From Kondoa subrosea (taxonomy: Eukaryota), in the NCBI GenBank assembly GCA_039545335.1, contig BCIN01000003.1, positions 1 through 64,000 of the forward strand: a DNA stretch of 64,000 nucleotides. The letters are read 5' to 3'. The position numbers were made by a program, and so were the translations under genes. Numbering within the stretch: position 1 is the stretch's first letter; every line of letters starts with the position of its first letter. The notes beneath the pieces were generated by a model, which saw only the letters and a program-made list of their open reading frames with translations, searched no databases and was not told the origin of the DNA. This document shows positions 48,408-60,539 of this stretch, one piece after another.

Positions 48408-51104
48408 ATGGATTCCAACAACTTGCAAAGACCTTTCATTCCTGCAGCTTCGCCACCTTTAGCTGCAATTACAGCAAGCTCAAGTACAGGTCACCACTCT
48501 TTCTCTGCCCCTTTCCTCAAACCAGAACAACTCTTGCTTGCATCAGCTGCTTGTGATGAGGAAGACGAGACTCAACCAAAATGTGCTGTGGTCACTTCAC
48601 AGCAAGATGTGTCTGCAATGAATCTAGACAATGTTGAGAACTATCAACACAATGATCAAACCTCAAACTCGTCAATGAATGCTTGGAACTCGAACCGCTT
48701 CGGTTCTCAAGGTACTCCTGGTGGTGACTGCAAACGTCTTTGTGTTCGTCATCAGCGTATGGTCAATGGTGCACAAGCTCGCGAGATGCAACAGGTACGT
48801 GTCAAATCACTCTCTGCAAAGGATTCTGCTTGAGTTTGATTTGCTTCACGTACAGTCCATTGAAGGCCTTTCCGAAGCGGATCAAAACACGGTAAACACC
48901 ATTTGGTCTCTTTTCTCTTCTTCTCGCGGTAATCTTCGTCAACTCACTTTACGAGGACTTCTGTCCATTTCTTGTCCTTCTCAACTCACTTACCTCACTG
49001 AACAACTCAAAGCGGAATGTCGCATCGATCCTTTTGCTGTTCTCCCAAGAGAAATATTCCTCAAAACTCTTTCTTATCTTGACGCTATTTCTTTATGTCG
49101 AGCTGCTCAAGTTTCGAAAAATTGGCAATGTCTAGCAGATGATGACATGCTATGGCGCAATATGTGTCAGCAACACATCGAACGCAAGTGCGAAAAGTGT
49201 GGCTGGGGTCTACCTTTGCTGGAAAAGAAGCGAAGAGCGAGAGCCATCGCCGCAGCAACAGCACCAAATTCACCAACTTCTGGTGTTCCTCCTTCTCGAC
49301 CTCATGCTCTTCCTCCTCTTCCAACCGACTATCCTGCTCCAGACGCTCCGGCAGCCAATCCAGGACCAGGTCCAGCAACCACTTCTTCTTTCAGTCCTTC
49401 TTTACCATCTCAACCAGTAGCAAGTACTTCCACTTTACCTCTTAGACCCCGACCAACCCGAAGTCAATCCATTGAGGGTTTGACCCATGATGCTCAGCAG
49501 ACTTTGGATCTGAACGATAGACCAACCAAACGATCTCGCTACAACAGTCCATCTGAAGATCATCTCCCTTCGTCCAGACCAACTTCTAGACCTTCTACTC
49601 CCTCCTCTTCTTCTTCTCGCTCTCGTCAAACTACTCGACCTTGGAAATCAGTTTACTCCGAACGATTGGTTATCGAGCGAAATTGGAGAAAAGGTTTATG
49701 CTCCACCCGAGTTCTTTCAGGTCATCAAGATGCAATCACTTGTTTACAAGTAGAAGAAACTTTGCCTCATCCTGATTTCCCTATACTTATGACGGGCTCT
49801 TGGGATCGAACGGTCAGAATCTGGAACTTGGAGACGGGTGCTCAAGTCGGGGTACTGAGAGGTCATTCGAGAGGTATTAGGGCTTTGCAGTTTGATATCA
49901 GCAAGCTGGTCACTGTGAGTCATATCATTTGGATTTGCAATTATTTGCTTAGTCCAGTATCGATGCCACAGGGCTCGATGGACAAAACGCTCAAAGTTTG
50001 GTCTTGGAGAACTGGTGAATGCATCCGCACGCTAGAAGGTCATCGTGATGCTGTTATCTGCTTGACTGCGGATCGGAATCTGTTAGTCAGCGGAAGTGCA
50101 GACAGTACGATCCGAGTTTGGAATTTCGAGACTGGTTCTGTTGGTATGCATTGTCCTGTTGCGCTCTGTACTGAGCTTATTGAAAAGGAACGTTTGCTTA
50201 CAGTCGCACTTCGCGGACACACTGAATGGGTCAATAAAGTCGTCATTTGGTGCCCTGATGCTCCCTGCATTCCACCAGATAACAAAGCAGGCAACATCCT
50301 TACTACTTCTTCCGGCGCAGCTCTCGGTCCAGATCAACCTCCTCCTGTACCAGATGTGGGTGTCAAACTACTCTTCTCTGCTTCCGATGATGGAACCGTT
50401 CGAGTTTGGGATCTCCGAACCAACGCTTGTGTTCGAGTGATGGAAGGTCATGTTGCTCAAGTTCAATCACTCTCTGTCATTACAATTGACGAAACTCACA
50501 CTCACAACTCTTCATCGGATGAAATCGATCAGGAGAACGCTTCTGGTCATCCAGTACATTTCCCACCTCAGCAAAGGGCTTTAGCGGCTCATGGACCTTA
50601 TCCTGGCTTGGTTGCTGGCAATCAAGTAGCTGTTGGTGGTCCACGCTATCAATTCGTCCCTCCTGCAGCTCAAAGACCGGCAAACGCTGCAGCACCACCT
50701 TTACCCGATCTAGGTTTATCAAACACTGCTAAACCTTTCCTCGTCACTGCCGGGCTAGATAACACGCTCAAGATCTGGGACGTAGCGAAAAGTAGCTGCA
50801 CGAAAACTTTGTTTGGTCATGTGCAAGGTGTTTGGGATTTAGCTGTGGATAAGCTGAGGATCGCGAGTGGCAGTCATGATGGGACTATCAAAATCTGGGA
50901 TAGGGAAGCAGCTAGATGTTTGCACACCCTTGTTGGTCATCGAGGAGCTGTTACTGCTTTGAGGATGACGGACGACAAGATTTTGTCAGGTGAGTCAGAT
51001 GCTAGCGTCTCAGTCTTGGGCTGATGGAATTACGCTTTTGCCCTCACAGGCGGCGATGATGGTGACATCAGAATCTTTTCATTCGCTATGAATCCAGATC
51101 AATG
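48408..51104 (+). CDS. MET30: F-box/WD40 sulfur-control protein Met30/Scon-2/SconB
   Basis: LCVRHQRM, F-box (LPREI..LSYLDAISLCRAAQVSKNW) followed by MCQQHIERKCEKCGWGLPLL and RPWKSVYSER..NWRKG (Met30/Scon-2 hallmarks), then WD40 repeats. Confidence 0.9.
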
Positions 51105-51382
51105 AGGTGTTTTGGTGAAGGGCTTTCGATGTAATTTATTATCGCATGAGAAGAAAAGAATTGTAGCATTCAACAATGTATCACCTAGAGCTTCATTCCA
51201 CTCCCCGCAGACATTCATGTGCGCTCTCAGCTCGCAAAAACAACAGTCACAGATAGTCTGACAACAAGCAAGATAACATTAATAGCGTTTGATGCATGCA
51301 ATACCAAGTATATAAGCGAGCGTTCCCAGCTCAAGCCTTTGTTCCATTCTTCTGTTGCCGAGCAATAAGAGATAACTTTCGC

Positions 51383-52098
51383 CTAGAAACCGTGAACCTG
51401 TTCAACCGAGAATCTAGTCATCAGCACTAAGTTTGATGATAGACCTTTTGGCGAACCTGAATGTCCTTGGTGTCTGTTCGCACTATGAGCACTGGTCGGA
51501 AGATATGAGGACGAGACTTACCTATTCCATCCTCAATCAACAGACCCTGAATCTTTGTTCGTTGATCTCCCTGAAGCTGTATAACATCACCATATTCTGG
51601 ATCCTCTACAATTGATCCGTTCTGCGCGAAAGCCCACAACGGAATCAGGCCAATTCTGATTCTTTGCGGTTTCAACGCACGCAAGCAAATTCTGTAAGCA
51701 GCAGCCGACTCAGTATACAAAGATACAGAGAACTCATGCCTACTGACCCTTCTTAGCCGCCTTTAATACTTTCTTAGGATCATAACCCGCTGGTAAACCT
51801 TGAATGGTAGTCAACGTTTTCCTACCATTGCGTTGTTGAATTCGGATATGAATATGATCGGCTTGAGCTGTTTTAGCAGATTTGAATTCTTCAGTTGCTT
51901 TGCCTACGTCGTCGTCTTGATCAAAGTCGGCATCCGCAGATGCGAAGGGATCTGTCAAGCAACAATTCAACGTAGTGCTCAAGCGCACAGTGTTGAAATG
52001 AGACCGGACCTTTCTTCTTGAAGTTCTCAACGCTCTGAAGGAGGAGCGAATGAATGAGTCCAAATGATAAACTTCCAAATTGAATTGACACTGACCAT
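51383..52098 (-). CDS. SUI1: Translation initiation factor eIF1
   Basis: M|SVENFKKK|DPFA..HIHIRIQQRNGRKTLTTIQG..KK|EFAC|NG..VIQLQGDQR..VHGF-stop. Confidence 0.97.
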
Positions 52099-52408
52099 AC
52101 AAAGTACAAGAGTAGTAGCTGTCGGCCTGGAAGAGGTGTTTATAGACGAGCCTGTTCGATACAGACAAATTCGCTATCAGGACAAGCCAGAAACAAATTG
52201 GGCCTACGAACGAGAGGAGCTGGAAATATAAGGCTCGAAGGGGAAGCTGAGCAGAGGGACAGCTAGGTCAGAGCAATTTCTAATATCCTGCAGTAGCTGT
52301 GCTCACGTAGAGACGAGGTAAGGAGAATGGGTCGCTGTTGACGAAGTGGGCTTTCGCACAAGACTTGGAAGTGACGACGCCACAGTTACAATGTTCGTAA
52401 TACAATTG

Positions 52409-53523
52409 TCATTCAGCTCGAGCTTTCTTAGATGATCCTTCTCCCTTATCATCATTCTTTCGCTTCGCTTTAGCTTTCTTACCTGTTTCCAAGCGTTTAG
52501 AAAACCAACGAGCAAAGACGATTGAGTACTGACTCTGCTCTGCAAAGACGGAAGCGAGATGGTCTTTCAGCTTAGGAATGTTTAAGTACTCTTTTGAATC
52601 ATGGAAAGAGACGAGAGGTTTCTTTAGTAGATTCGCAGCAGAAGTTGCTGAAGGTATTCGCTGTGCAATACATCTCATTTAGCTGACAGACAGCGAGATG
52701 AGATATGCGATGCACCTCTGATAAATTACCTGCTTCTGCCCATGTAATAACGTCCGAAAGATGGAGGAAGAAACCTGTTCATGAAATTAGCCTCTGATTC
52801 ATTGACAGAGAAAAAGGGTTCTAGACGAACCGAGTTCAGGATTGAAGCTATTGTAGTGCTTCTTGTTCTGTGAGGATTTACAGCTATATCACCTCTATGA
52901 AGGAGGAAATAAGCAGTACAAACCCACCTTCAGACACCCTGAAACCAAATCACCAGAAATGATATGCAAATGCACATGTTTCATTGATTCTTGCGCATGA
53001 AAACCAACATTGATAGTCCATTCTCTTGCTTCTTCTTCACGCATTTCCATTCGAATCAATTCAAGAACTTCTTCACTTGCTGTTTGTAAGAGTTTGAGAA
53101 CTTGTAATGCATACTTGGATTTGCTTAGTGATGAGAGACTGTCTAGTACTGATAAAGGAACTTCAACAATCGGACTGTGAGTTTCTGAATTACAATACAT
53201 CCACATTTGGACATTGAAACTCGAAGCTCACCTTGATCCTTCGCTGGGAAGTAGTAAAGGTGAACGAGGAAGAGTCAGGAAGTGATACTTTGCTTTCGGA
53301 AACCTAGTGGTCTGCGATCAGAAGCAAGCAAAACGCGAGTGCTTCATTCGAAAGACCAACTTGTCAAAGATAGTAAGCGTGTATTCATCGCTAACAAACA
53401 CTTCAGCCAAACCAAATAGTAGAGAGGAAACAAGACAGCGGACTGAGTAAGATGTACACTCGTCCCTAGAGTGAGTGGATCTTTGGTTTGAGCATATTTG
53501 ATTAAGGCGTCAGACCAGGACAT
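52409..53523 (-). CDS. HNT3: Aprataxin (HIT family)
   Basis: TIFDK|FPKAKYHFL, VGFHAQESMKHVHLHIISGDL and K|NKKHYNSFNP. Confidence 0.9.
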
Positions 53524-53686
53524 GAGAGGACGATGTAAGCAATGGTTGGGTTATCAATGAAGTGAGATATTAAGGCTCGTCCAGAGCATCAAGAGGCTGT
53601 CCTGCAGCCCCTACTTTAAAATTCGGACAAGTACACGGTTCGAAATCAACAACGATTTGATCGACACAAGAGTCAGCGAGCTGTGC

Positions 53687-56234
53687 ATGAACATAGGATG
53701 CAGGCAGCTCTTCAGAGCTCCATCAGGGAAATACCAGATTGCTAGCAGTATACCCAGATCATCAGCGATTCCCTTACCTTGTCGCAAAAATGTGTCATCG
53801 ATTGCATCCGATAGCAACGCATCCTCTGCTACTGGGCCTGGCAATCTTAGCAAGAAACGAGGCCGAAGAATTGTCTTGCCTGCTTTACTAGTTTCTGTCA
53901 TGTCAGCTTATGCCTACGATCACTATGTTCAAGCGGATGCACTTCAAAGATCGCTCAGAACTCTGTACACTGGTGTTGCTATTGCTTTGGATTACAAACT
54001 CAATTTCAAACCAAGCAAGACGGAATCTATCGATGCTCTTCACCAAAGGGTAGCAGATCGATTACATAGTCTTTGCATTACCAATCAAGGTATTTGGGAT
54101 AGCGAGACATGCGCTGATCAATCTGACACACCTCGTTGTATCAGGATTGTACATCAAACTTGGTCAAGCACTTGGTATGCAAGCAGCGGTTCTTCCAAAA
54201 CCTTACCGTGTATGTATAGTTTCTAGGTATACATCTCCAGCTGAACATTTCTATTGGATTCATAGGAAGCTTTCGCAAATATCTTCGATGCTGCTCCATC
54301 TATTACCTATGACCAAGTGAAAGAAGTCTTCCGAGATGAATTCGGTTTAGATCCACATGAAGTCTTTGATTCCTTTGAAGAAAACCCAATAGCTTCTGCT
54401 TCAATAGCTCAAGTGCATCGAGCCAGATTAAAAGGAAGTGGGAAATTGGTTGCTGTAAAAGTTCAAAGACCGGAAATCGTTAAACAGATGGAATGGGATC
54501 TGTTCTCTTATCGGATGCTTATGTATTGCTACGATTATCTGTTTGAGATTCCTTGTTCTTGGTCAGTCGGCCTTTTGTAATCTATGATGATTGTAACAGC
54601 TCATGCTATGATACTTTTCAGGATGGCGGATTGTAGGTTGATTTGTTATTCCTGCACTTCTTGCTGATGTTCATTTGCAGACGTTGCCGCACGGATGAGA
54701 CTAGAAACTAAATTCACAATAGAAGCCTCCAACGCAGAAAGGACAGGACAGAATTTGGCAGATGAGCCTTCCTTGCGGAATAGAGTCTCAGTGCCGTAAG
54801 TGTACTCCTTTCGTCTCTGGAATAACCAGTTCAAGGATGGGAGGCATTTACAGGAAAGTCTATCGGGAGAAAACGACAGATAGAATCATGACTGCTGATT
54901 TTGTCGAAGGAGCGTGTAGACTGAACGATAGAGAAAAGATTAGAAGCTGGGGTTTATCGGAGAAGGATGTAATGTCAGTTCAAGCTATCCTCATCTGCGT
55001 TCAAGCTGATTAGGTAAATGCACCATGACAGTCAAGCATTTACAGATTGCTTTGCTGCTATGATCTTCAGTTAGCCTATCTCTCCTTCATAACTCACCTA
55101 TAGCTGATTAGCAGCAAAGAATTCGGCTTGGTGCATTGTGATCCACATTACGGGAATGTATTGGGTAATTCTAACTCTTCTTCTTTTGAAGGGTCTCTGA
55201 TCTTCTCGTACCCCTTAGTACGACCTCATCCAAGTAACAAAAATAAGCCAGAAGTGGTAAGTCACTTCTCACTCAAATCGGTCTTGGCTCATTATGTATA
55301 TCAAGGTCTTGATCGACCATGGCCTTTATGTCGAAATGACAGATGACTTCCGAAGAGATTACAGGTCAGCCGCGGATCAGCTTTCCGTGATCTTACCTCA
55401 TTTTCACTGTCAGTCTGCTGTGGAAATCGCTGTTTATTGTGGACACTGCTACAATCGAAGTATGTCTAAGCCCTTTGTTATACTAAGGTTGAAGTTGAGC
55501 CGTTCATGTGTACAGCGAATAGCGACAGGCTGGGGTTTTGGAAGTCCAGATATGTTTTCGACCATGACTCTTCTTCGACCTTTCCGAAGTAAAAAGCCAA
55601 AGCAAACCGACGGCAACGGTACAAACCCTGCGGGATCATTTGAAGCTCAAATTAGCGTGAAAGAAAAACTTAAGAATATGCTGCAGAACGAGAAGCTAGT
55701 ACCCAGAGTGCGTGCCATTTACTTTGTTGTTGGCATGTTTGCTGAGGCATTGAGCTAGGAACTTGTGTTTCTTACGCGCTGCATGAGGATGATGCAAGCG
55801 AATAATCAAGCACTGGGCAGTCCAGTCAATCGAATCAACACTCTCGCTCGTTCGTGCTTGTAAGTTGATCATGGTGAGGAAGACTGACATAAATGAATAG
55901 ACTGGGCTGTCGTCGGCTTGGCGGATACATCTTCTTCCTCGCAGCGATCGATACATCGAACAGGTCTGAGAGCATGGCTGCATGATCAATACAATGTCTG
56001 GGTCTTCCGGTCTTTCCTTCTCGGTCCGTTGCATATCAATTGCTGCGTGAGTATGCTGATCCTTGACATACAGTGGTCGATGCTGGATTCTTAGTTACAA
56101 AAGCTCGTCAATACGTTCTATCCTTCTTTGGCTATGGAAACGAAGGCTTTGAAGATCTTTTACAGAAGCAGATTACAGCAATGGCAAGAGATGATTTAGG
56201 CGTAGAGTTAGATGATGCTGCCTTTAATGGGTAG
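53687..56234 (+). CDS. ABC1/UbiB atypical kinase (ADCK1/Mcp2-like)
   Basis: G|LYIKLGQ, PIASASIAQVHRA, VAVKVQRP, HCDPHYGN and LIDHGLY; N-terminal presequence-like region. Confidence 0.92.
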
Positions 56235-56310
56235 TGCAGTATTTGGATTGTCTTCGTCTTGGCATGTCACTTTGTTGAACCACAATATACACTTGTACCT
56301 AATTTACACA

Positions 56311-58176
56311 CTAGAAGTCACTTTGTCCTGCGCCCCAAGGTAATTGATCTGCCGATCGATTCGACCTTTGACTTCGTTGTGACTGTACGGTTTGCAACGT
56401 GAAGTTAGAACCGTTCGGATAGGACGCTTTGGCAAAGGCAGAAGGATTGCGCTGGTCGTTAATAGTATAACCAGAGCCTACTGCATAAGAACCTTTCGAA
56501 AAAGCAGAAGGATTGCGCTGTAATGTGAATTGCGAGCCTTGCGGATATTGCGCAGATCGGTTGGAAAAAGCTGAAGGATTTCTTCCATGACCGACGAACG
56601 GAGAAGGAGTGGAAGGAACATCCATACGATATGCAGGAGTTTCGGCAGGATGCTGAACCGGAGTTTCTTGAAAAGGGTAGGCAGGCGGTTGACCCAGAAG
56701 CAGACCGTTTTGCTGTTTCACTCTGTCTAGACTTTAGGACGATGTCATCAAAGCATGTGAGAGACCTACTCTAGAAGCCATACAAGTAGCTGTTGTCTTA
56801 GTATGTTGATACCAGTAGAAGTCACCATCAGACCGCTAGCAACTATAGCAAAGACAGTCGATTGACCCAGACTATAGATTCATGAGCCACGGATGTGCTC
56901 GGAAGATGATGCAATTCACCCAATTGATCCTTTACCACTAAAGCTTTTCAGAAGGCTGCTTCGCTGATCGAAAAAGACAAGAAGCAGGCCGACAGTCACA
57001 GCAATAGTGGGAAGAGTGAATATAGCCAAGTACCAAAGTCTGCGATGATGGAGTAAGCTTATGAGCCGCTTGAAGCTTTAGTGAAACTCACTTGATATTC
57101 CATTCGCCGTACTTCTTCCACATTGCGCTGGCAGGAGGTAAAGCATCATCTTCCAGATCCGAGAAGCCTGATGTAAAGTTTCGAATGCTATCGAAGCTGT
57201 TTCTTCTGATTTTATGACCATACATCTGCATAATTGCTGCAATCAGACAAGATATGCCCGCTGCAGTCCTGTCAGCATGATCTGAAATCGTGCATGATGA
57301 TGACCGACCAGCTAAAGGCAACACTCTGAGAAGTTTGCCCCATATACCGGACTGCAAATCAGCCATCGTCGATCCTGGCACCATATTGTCTCCATTGCCC
57401 TTGATGACTGTAACAAATGCAATTAGTCTTATCGATTACTGCCAGCATTCTAGAGCTTGCCTATCTTGGTACCTGGTTGACTATCTGTGCCAGTCGTACT
57501 ACTGGACTTTGAGTAAGAGATAGGCCACCATTGAGAGTACTCACTATTGAGGCAAGTCGGCCACAACAAGGCCATCCAGGACATAAGCCAGGATGAGGAA
57601 TAATCCAGAGAGTCCGCTGCCGAGAACCGCCTAAGCAGAGTCAGCAGATCATCTGCCTAACAACACCCCACTAACTAGAGCTTGATACATTGTAAGTCGC
57701 ATGAAGGCTTGATCGATTTGTTCCTGCAACGGATCCTTTGGTTCGCTCTTGCCTCCTTGGGGAGGTACAGGCCAGCTGGTATCCCCTCTTTCGTCGAATC
57801 TAGGTGGAAAATGGCCGGGAGCGAAGAAACGCGACGCTCGATCCATCATACGCCTTGCTCTGGGTCTTCTCTCTAAAGAATCTCTGCGTTGACGAGAAGG
57901 AGGTATATAATCGTCTATCGAGTCTTCATCGGAGAGGCTTTCAAACGATTTCTGCCGCCGGCCAGGCGAGGGTGAGCCAAATACTGATCCTTGCCTTCGA
58001 ATTGCTCGGTCTCTTGGTGTGACAGGAGTTCTACGTGATTTAGCAGCACTGTAAGGCGTCCGTGGAGTCGCCAGAAGATCAAAACCAGAGCCATAATCCT
58101 CTTCTTCGTCTTGTTCATCTCTCCTTCTTCGAGGCTGGTAAGGTCTAGGGTGAGGTCTACGCGGTGGACGTGACAT
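56311..58176 (-). CDS. Uncharacterised multi-pass (about 4-TM) membrane protein, tandem paralog C
   Basis: R/S-rich disordered N-terminus; YQAL|..GLFLILAYVLDGLVVADLP; WYLAIFTLP..FFDQ; GQSTVFA; repeat-containing C-tail. Confidence 0.72.
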
Positions 58177-58659
58177 GCCGAAGTATCATTGACACAACCG
58201 TGTCCAGGCAAGAAGGGCTTGGACAAGAAGAAAACATCCGGCACTGAGACGCTGACATGAATGAATCGAGTGAAAATCAAAGGGAAGAAACAGTCTGAGA
58301 AACGTGTAGAAAATAGATCTGAAGATGTCTGCCTGTTCCAGCAAACATAAGCTGAATAGCAGGATCCTCAAAATCCGGGAGCAACTTCAATATCAATAAT
58401 CCCAGGTCATCATCACCCAGTTTAAGTGAATCAGCTCTTCCATCGAGACATACGCTGAAGAGAAAAGCAATTGAAGCTTGCCTGGCCAGCCGTAATACGT
58501 TAGAAAAGACACACGATCTTCAGTCAAAGTTTGGGTCAAGCAAGTGTGCTGACTGAACATGCCAGCAGGTGAGTCTAAGGAGGCGCGAGAGACAGATGCC
58601 CGTACTGGGGACATCAACGTTCAATACACAAGCACGAAAGTCAAGTAGCAAGACACCCG

Positions 58660-60164
58660 CTATATCAACCCTGCATTTGACTTCTTCCCTCTCGAAGCAA
58701 TAGTGAAAGCTGAATCTGATCTGCCAGCCCAATGTACTTGCGACCCTAGAGAACCAGAGTAAGAAGATTGAGTGATAGGTAATAATCCTTGATAAGCTGG
58801 TGGAGCATTCATTTGACCTTGTAGTGGATCAATGTATTCTTGTTCTGCAGCATAAGGAGTAAGGTCAGAGCCTGCTTGACTTCCTGCTTTACTGTTCTGT
58901 CTAGAGAGTTTGCCTCTAGGTTGACGACCGAATGAGTTACCATCATCGGAAAATCTACTTATGATCAGCTTGATGAGAATCAGATCAGGCTTAAAAAACA
59001 CTTACTTCTTCAGCCTGACTTTAGCTCTTTGTGATAAGACTGTAAGAGGCCATGAAAGAAATAGAATCAATCCAGCGGCACAGGCGAAAATAGTAGATTG
59101 GCCAAATCTGTTACTGAAATAAGCCTAAGCCGACTCAAGTGAACCTATCTCACTTAATGGACCCTTTGAGCTCACTGGTACCGTCATCCGCGCGTCGCAT
59201 ACCAGCTTGCTGATCCAGAAAGGCCAGAGCATAAAAGACAGCAGCCGCTATGCCAGGTAGAGCGAGAACGAGCATGAACCAGAGCTGTCGAAGTCCTTTC
59301 AAAGTCATTCAAAATATCGGAATGCTGACGGAAGGCTAACCTTTATAGCTAGACTGCCATATCTGCTATACTCGAGAGATCCACTGATGAAGCGATGCAT
59401 GACCTTCGTTTCCCAGTCCGCATGACCGCTGAAGAACTGCTTCATCGGGTCTGGCAGAAGCTTTCTTATAGCTTGGCCATAGCAAATCGCAATTGCTCCG
59501 AGAAAAGCAAAAACAGCTCCGAAGATTGGGATCCAAGCGAAACAGAATGCAAGGAAGCCGTTGTGCTGAAACAGAGCTAACAAAGAGTCTGGAATGGATG
59601 TCTTTGCATCGGAAGGAGATATAACTATGAAACCTGAATCAGCAAGAAATCTGGAAGATTCCCTCTCAAATACTCACCGACCGTTTTCTTTCCTGATTTA
59701 CCAGCAGCAGGTAGGCTGATGATAGCGATCTCGTCAAGCTGCCAAGCAATGACAAGAAAAAGGGAAGCCAAAAAAGCGAAACTCGCAGCAAGGGATTGAT
59801 ATTGAGCAGCAGCCATGGTCAAGCTGATGAAATCAGGATTTAGATCATCAGTTTTTGCGCCTCCCAACAAAGTTGGTAGAGCAAGTCGGAGATGATGAGG
59901 CCGTGCAAGACGGTGATTGGCTAGACGAGATCTAGGCGTCAGGGGGTTGAATACCGATCTAGTAATGTCAGAATCATCTGAGTCGCTGCTATCGTCTGTC
60001 AGATAGCGTCGTGAGCGATTTGAGGAGCTTCTCGCTCTGTAAGCAGATGAATCAGCCAAGCCATTCGAGGCTGCGTAATGCGACGGAGCATCGCGAAAGT
60101 ACGGTCTGCGTTGGAGATCAAGAACAGAAGACGAAGAAGAAGAAGAAGAAGCAATAGAAGACAT
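58660..60164 (-). CDS. Uncharacterised multi-pass (about 4-TM) membrane protein, tandem paralog D
   Basis: S/R-rich N-terminus; YQSL..SLFLVIAWQLDEIAIISLP; WFMLVLALP..FLDQ; GQSTIFA. Confidence 0.72.
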
Positions 60165-60539
60165 AGATAGATGGATAGAGAAAAAGCTTTGGAGATCCAA
60201 TTCAATCGAGTAGGCGAAGTCAAGACATAGCCCAAAGCAACGCTGTCCTGGTTATCTCGACGCGTATGTTGCAGTGAGGGCACTAATAGGAGAGATTCCA
60301 GTCTGCAAATAGCTGAGATGACCTATTCGCTCGAGACAAGCCGTTCGAAAGGCTTCTATTTTCATTTTCCTTCTTGTCCCTGTTCGTCCATACCCCTTAT
60401 ACCCTGACCTCCGCTGTGTCACACCATATACACCCACTCACTGACGACTCGTCGCTCCAATACCTCTGGCTGAATCTGCAGCATTACGCGACGTCCGTGC
60501 ATTGAGGAAATAGAATAGAAGCAAGCTCCAAAAGACTGA

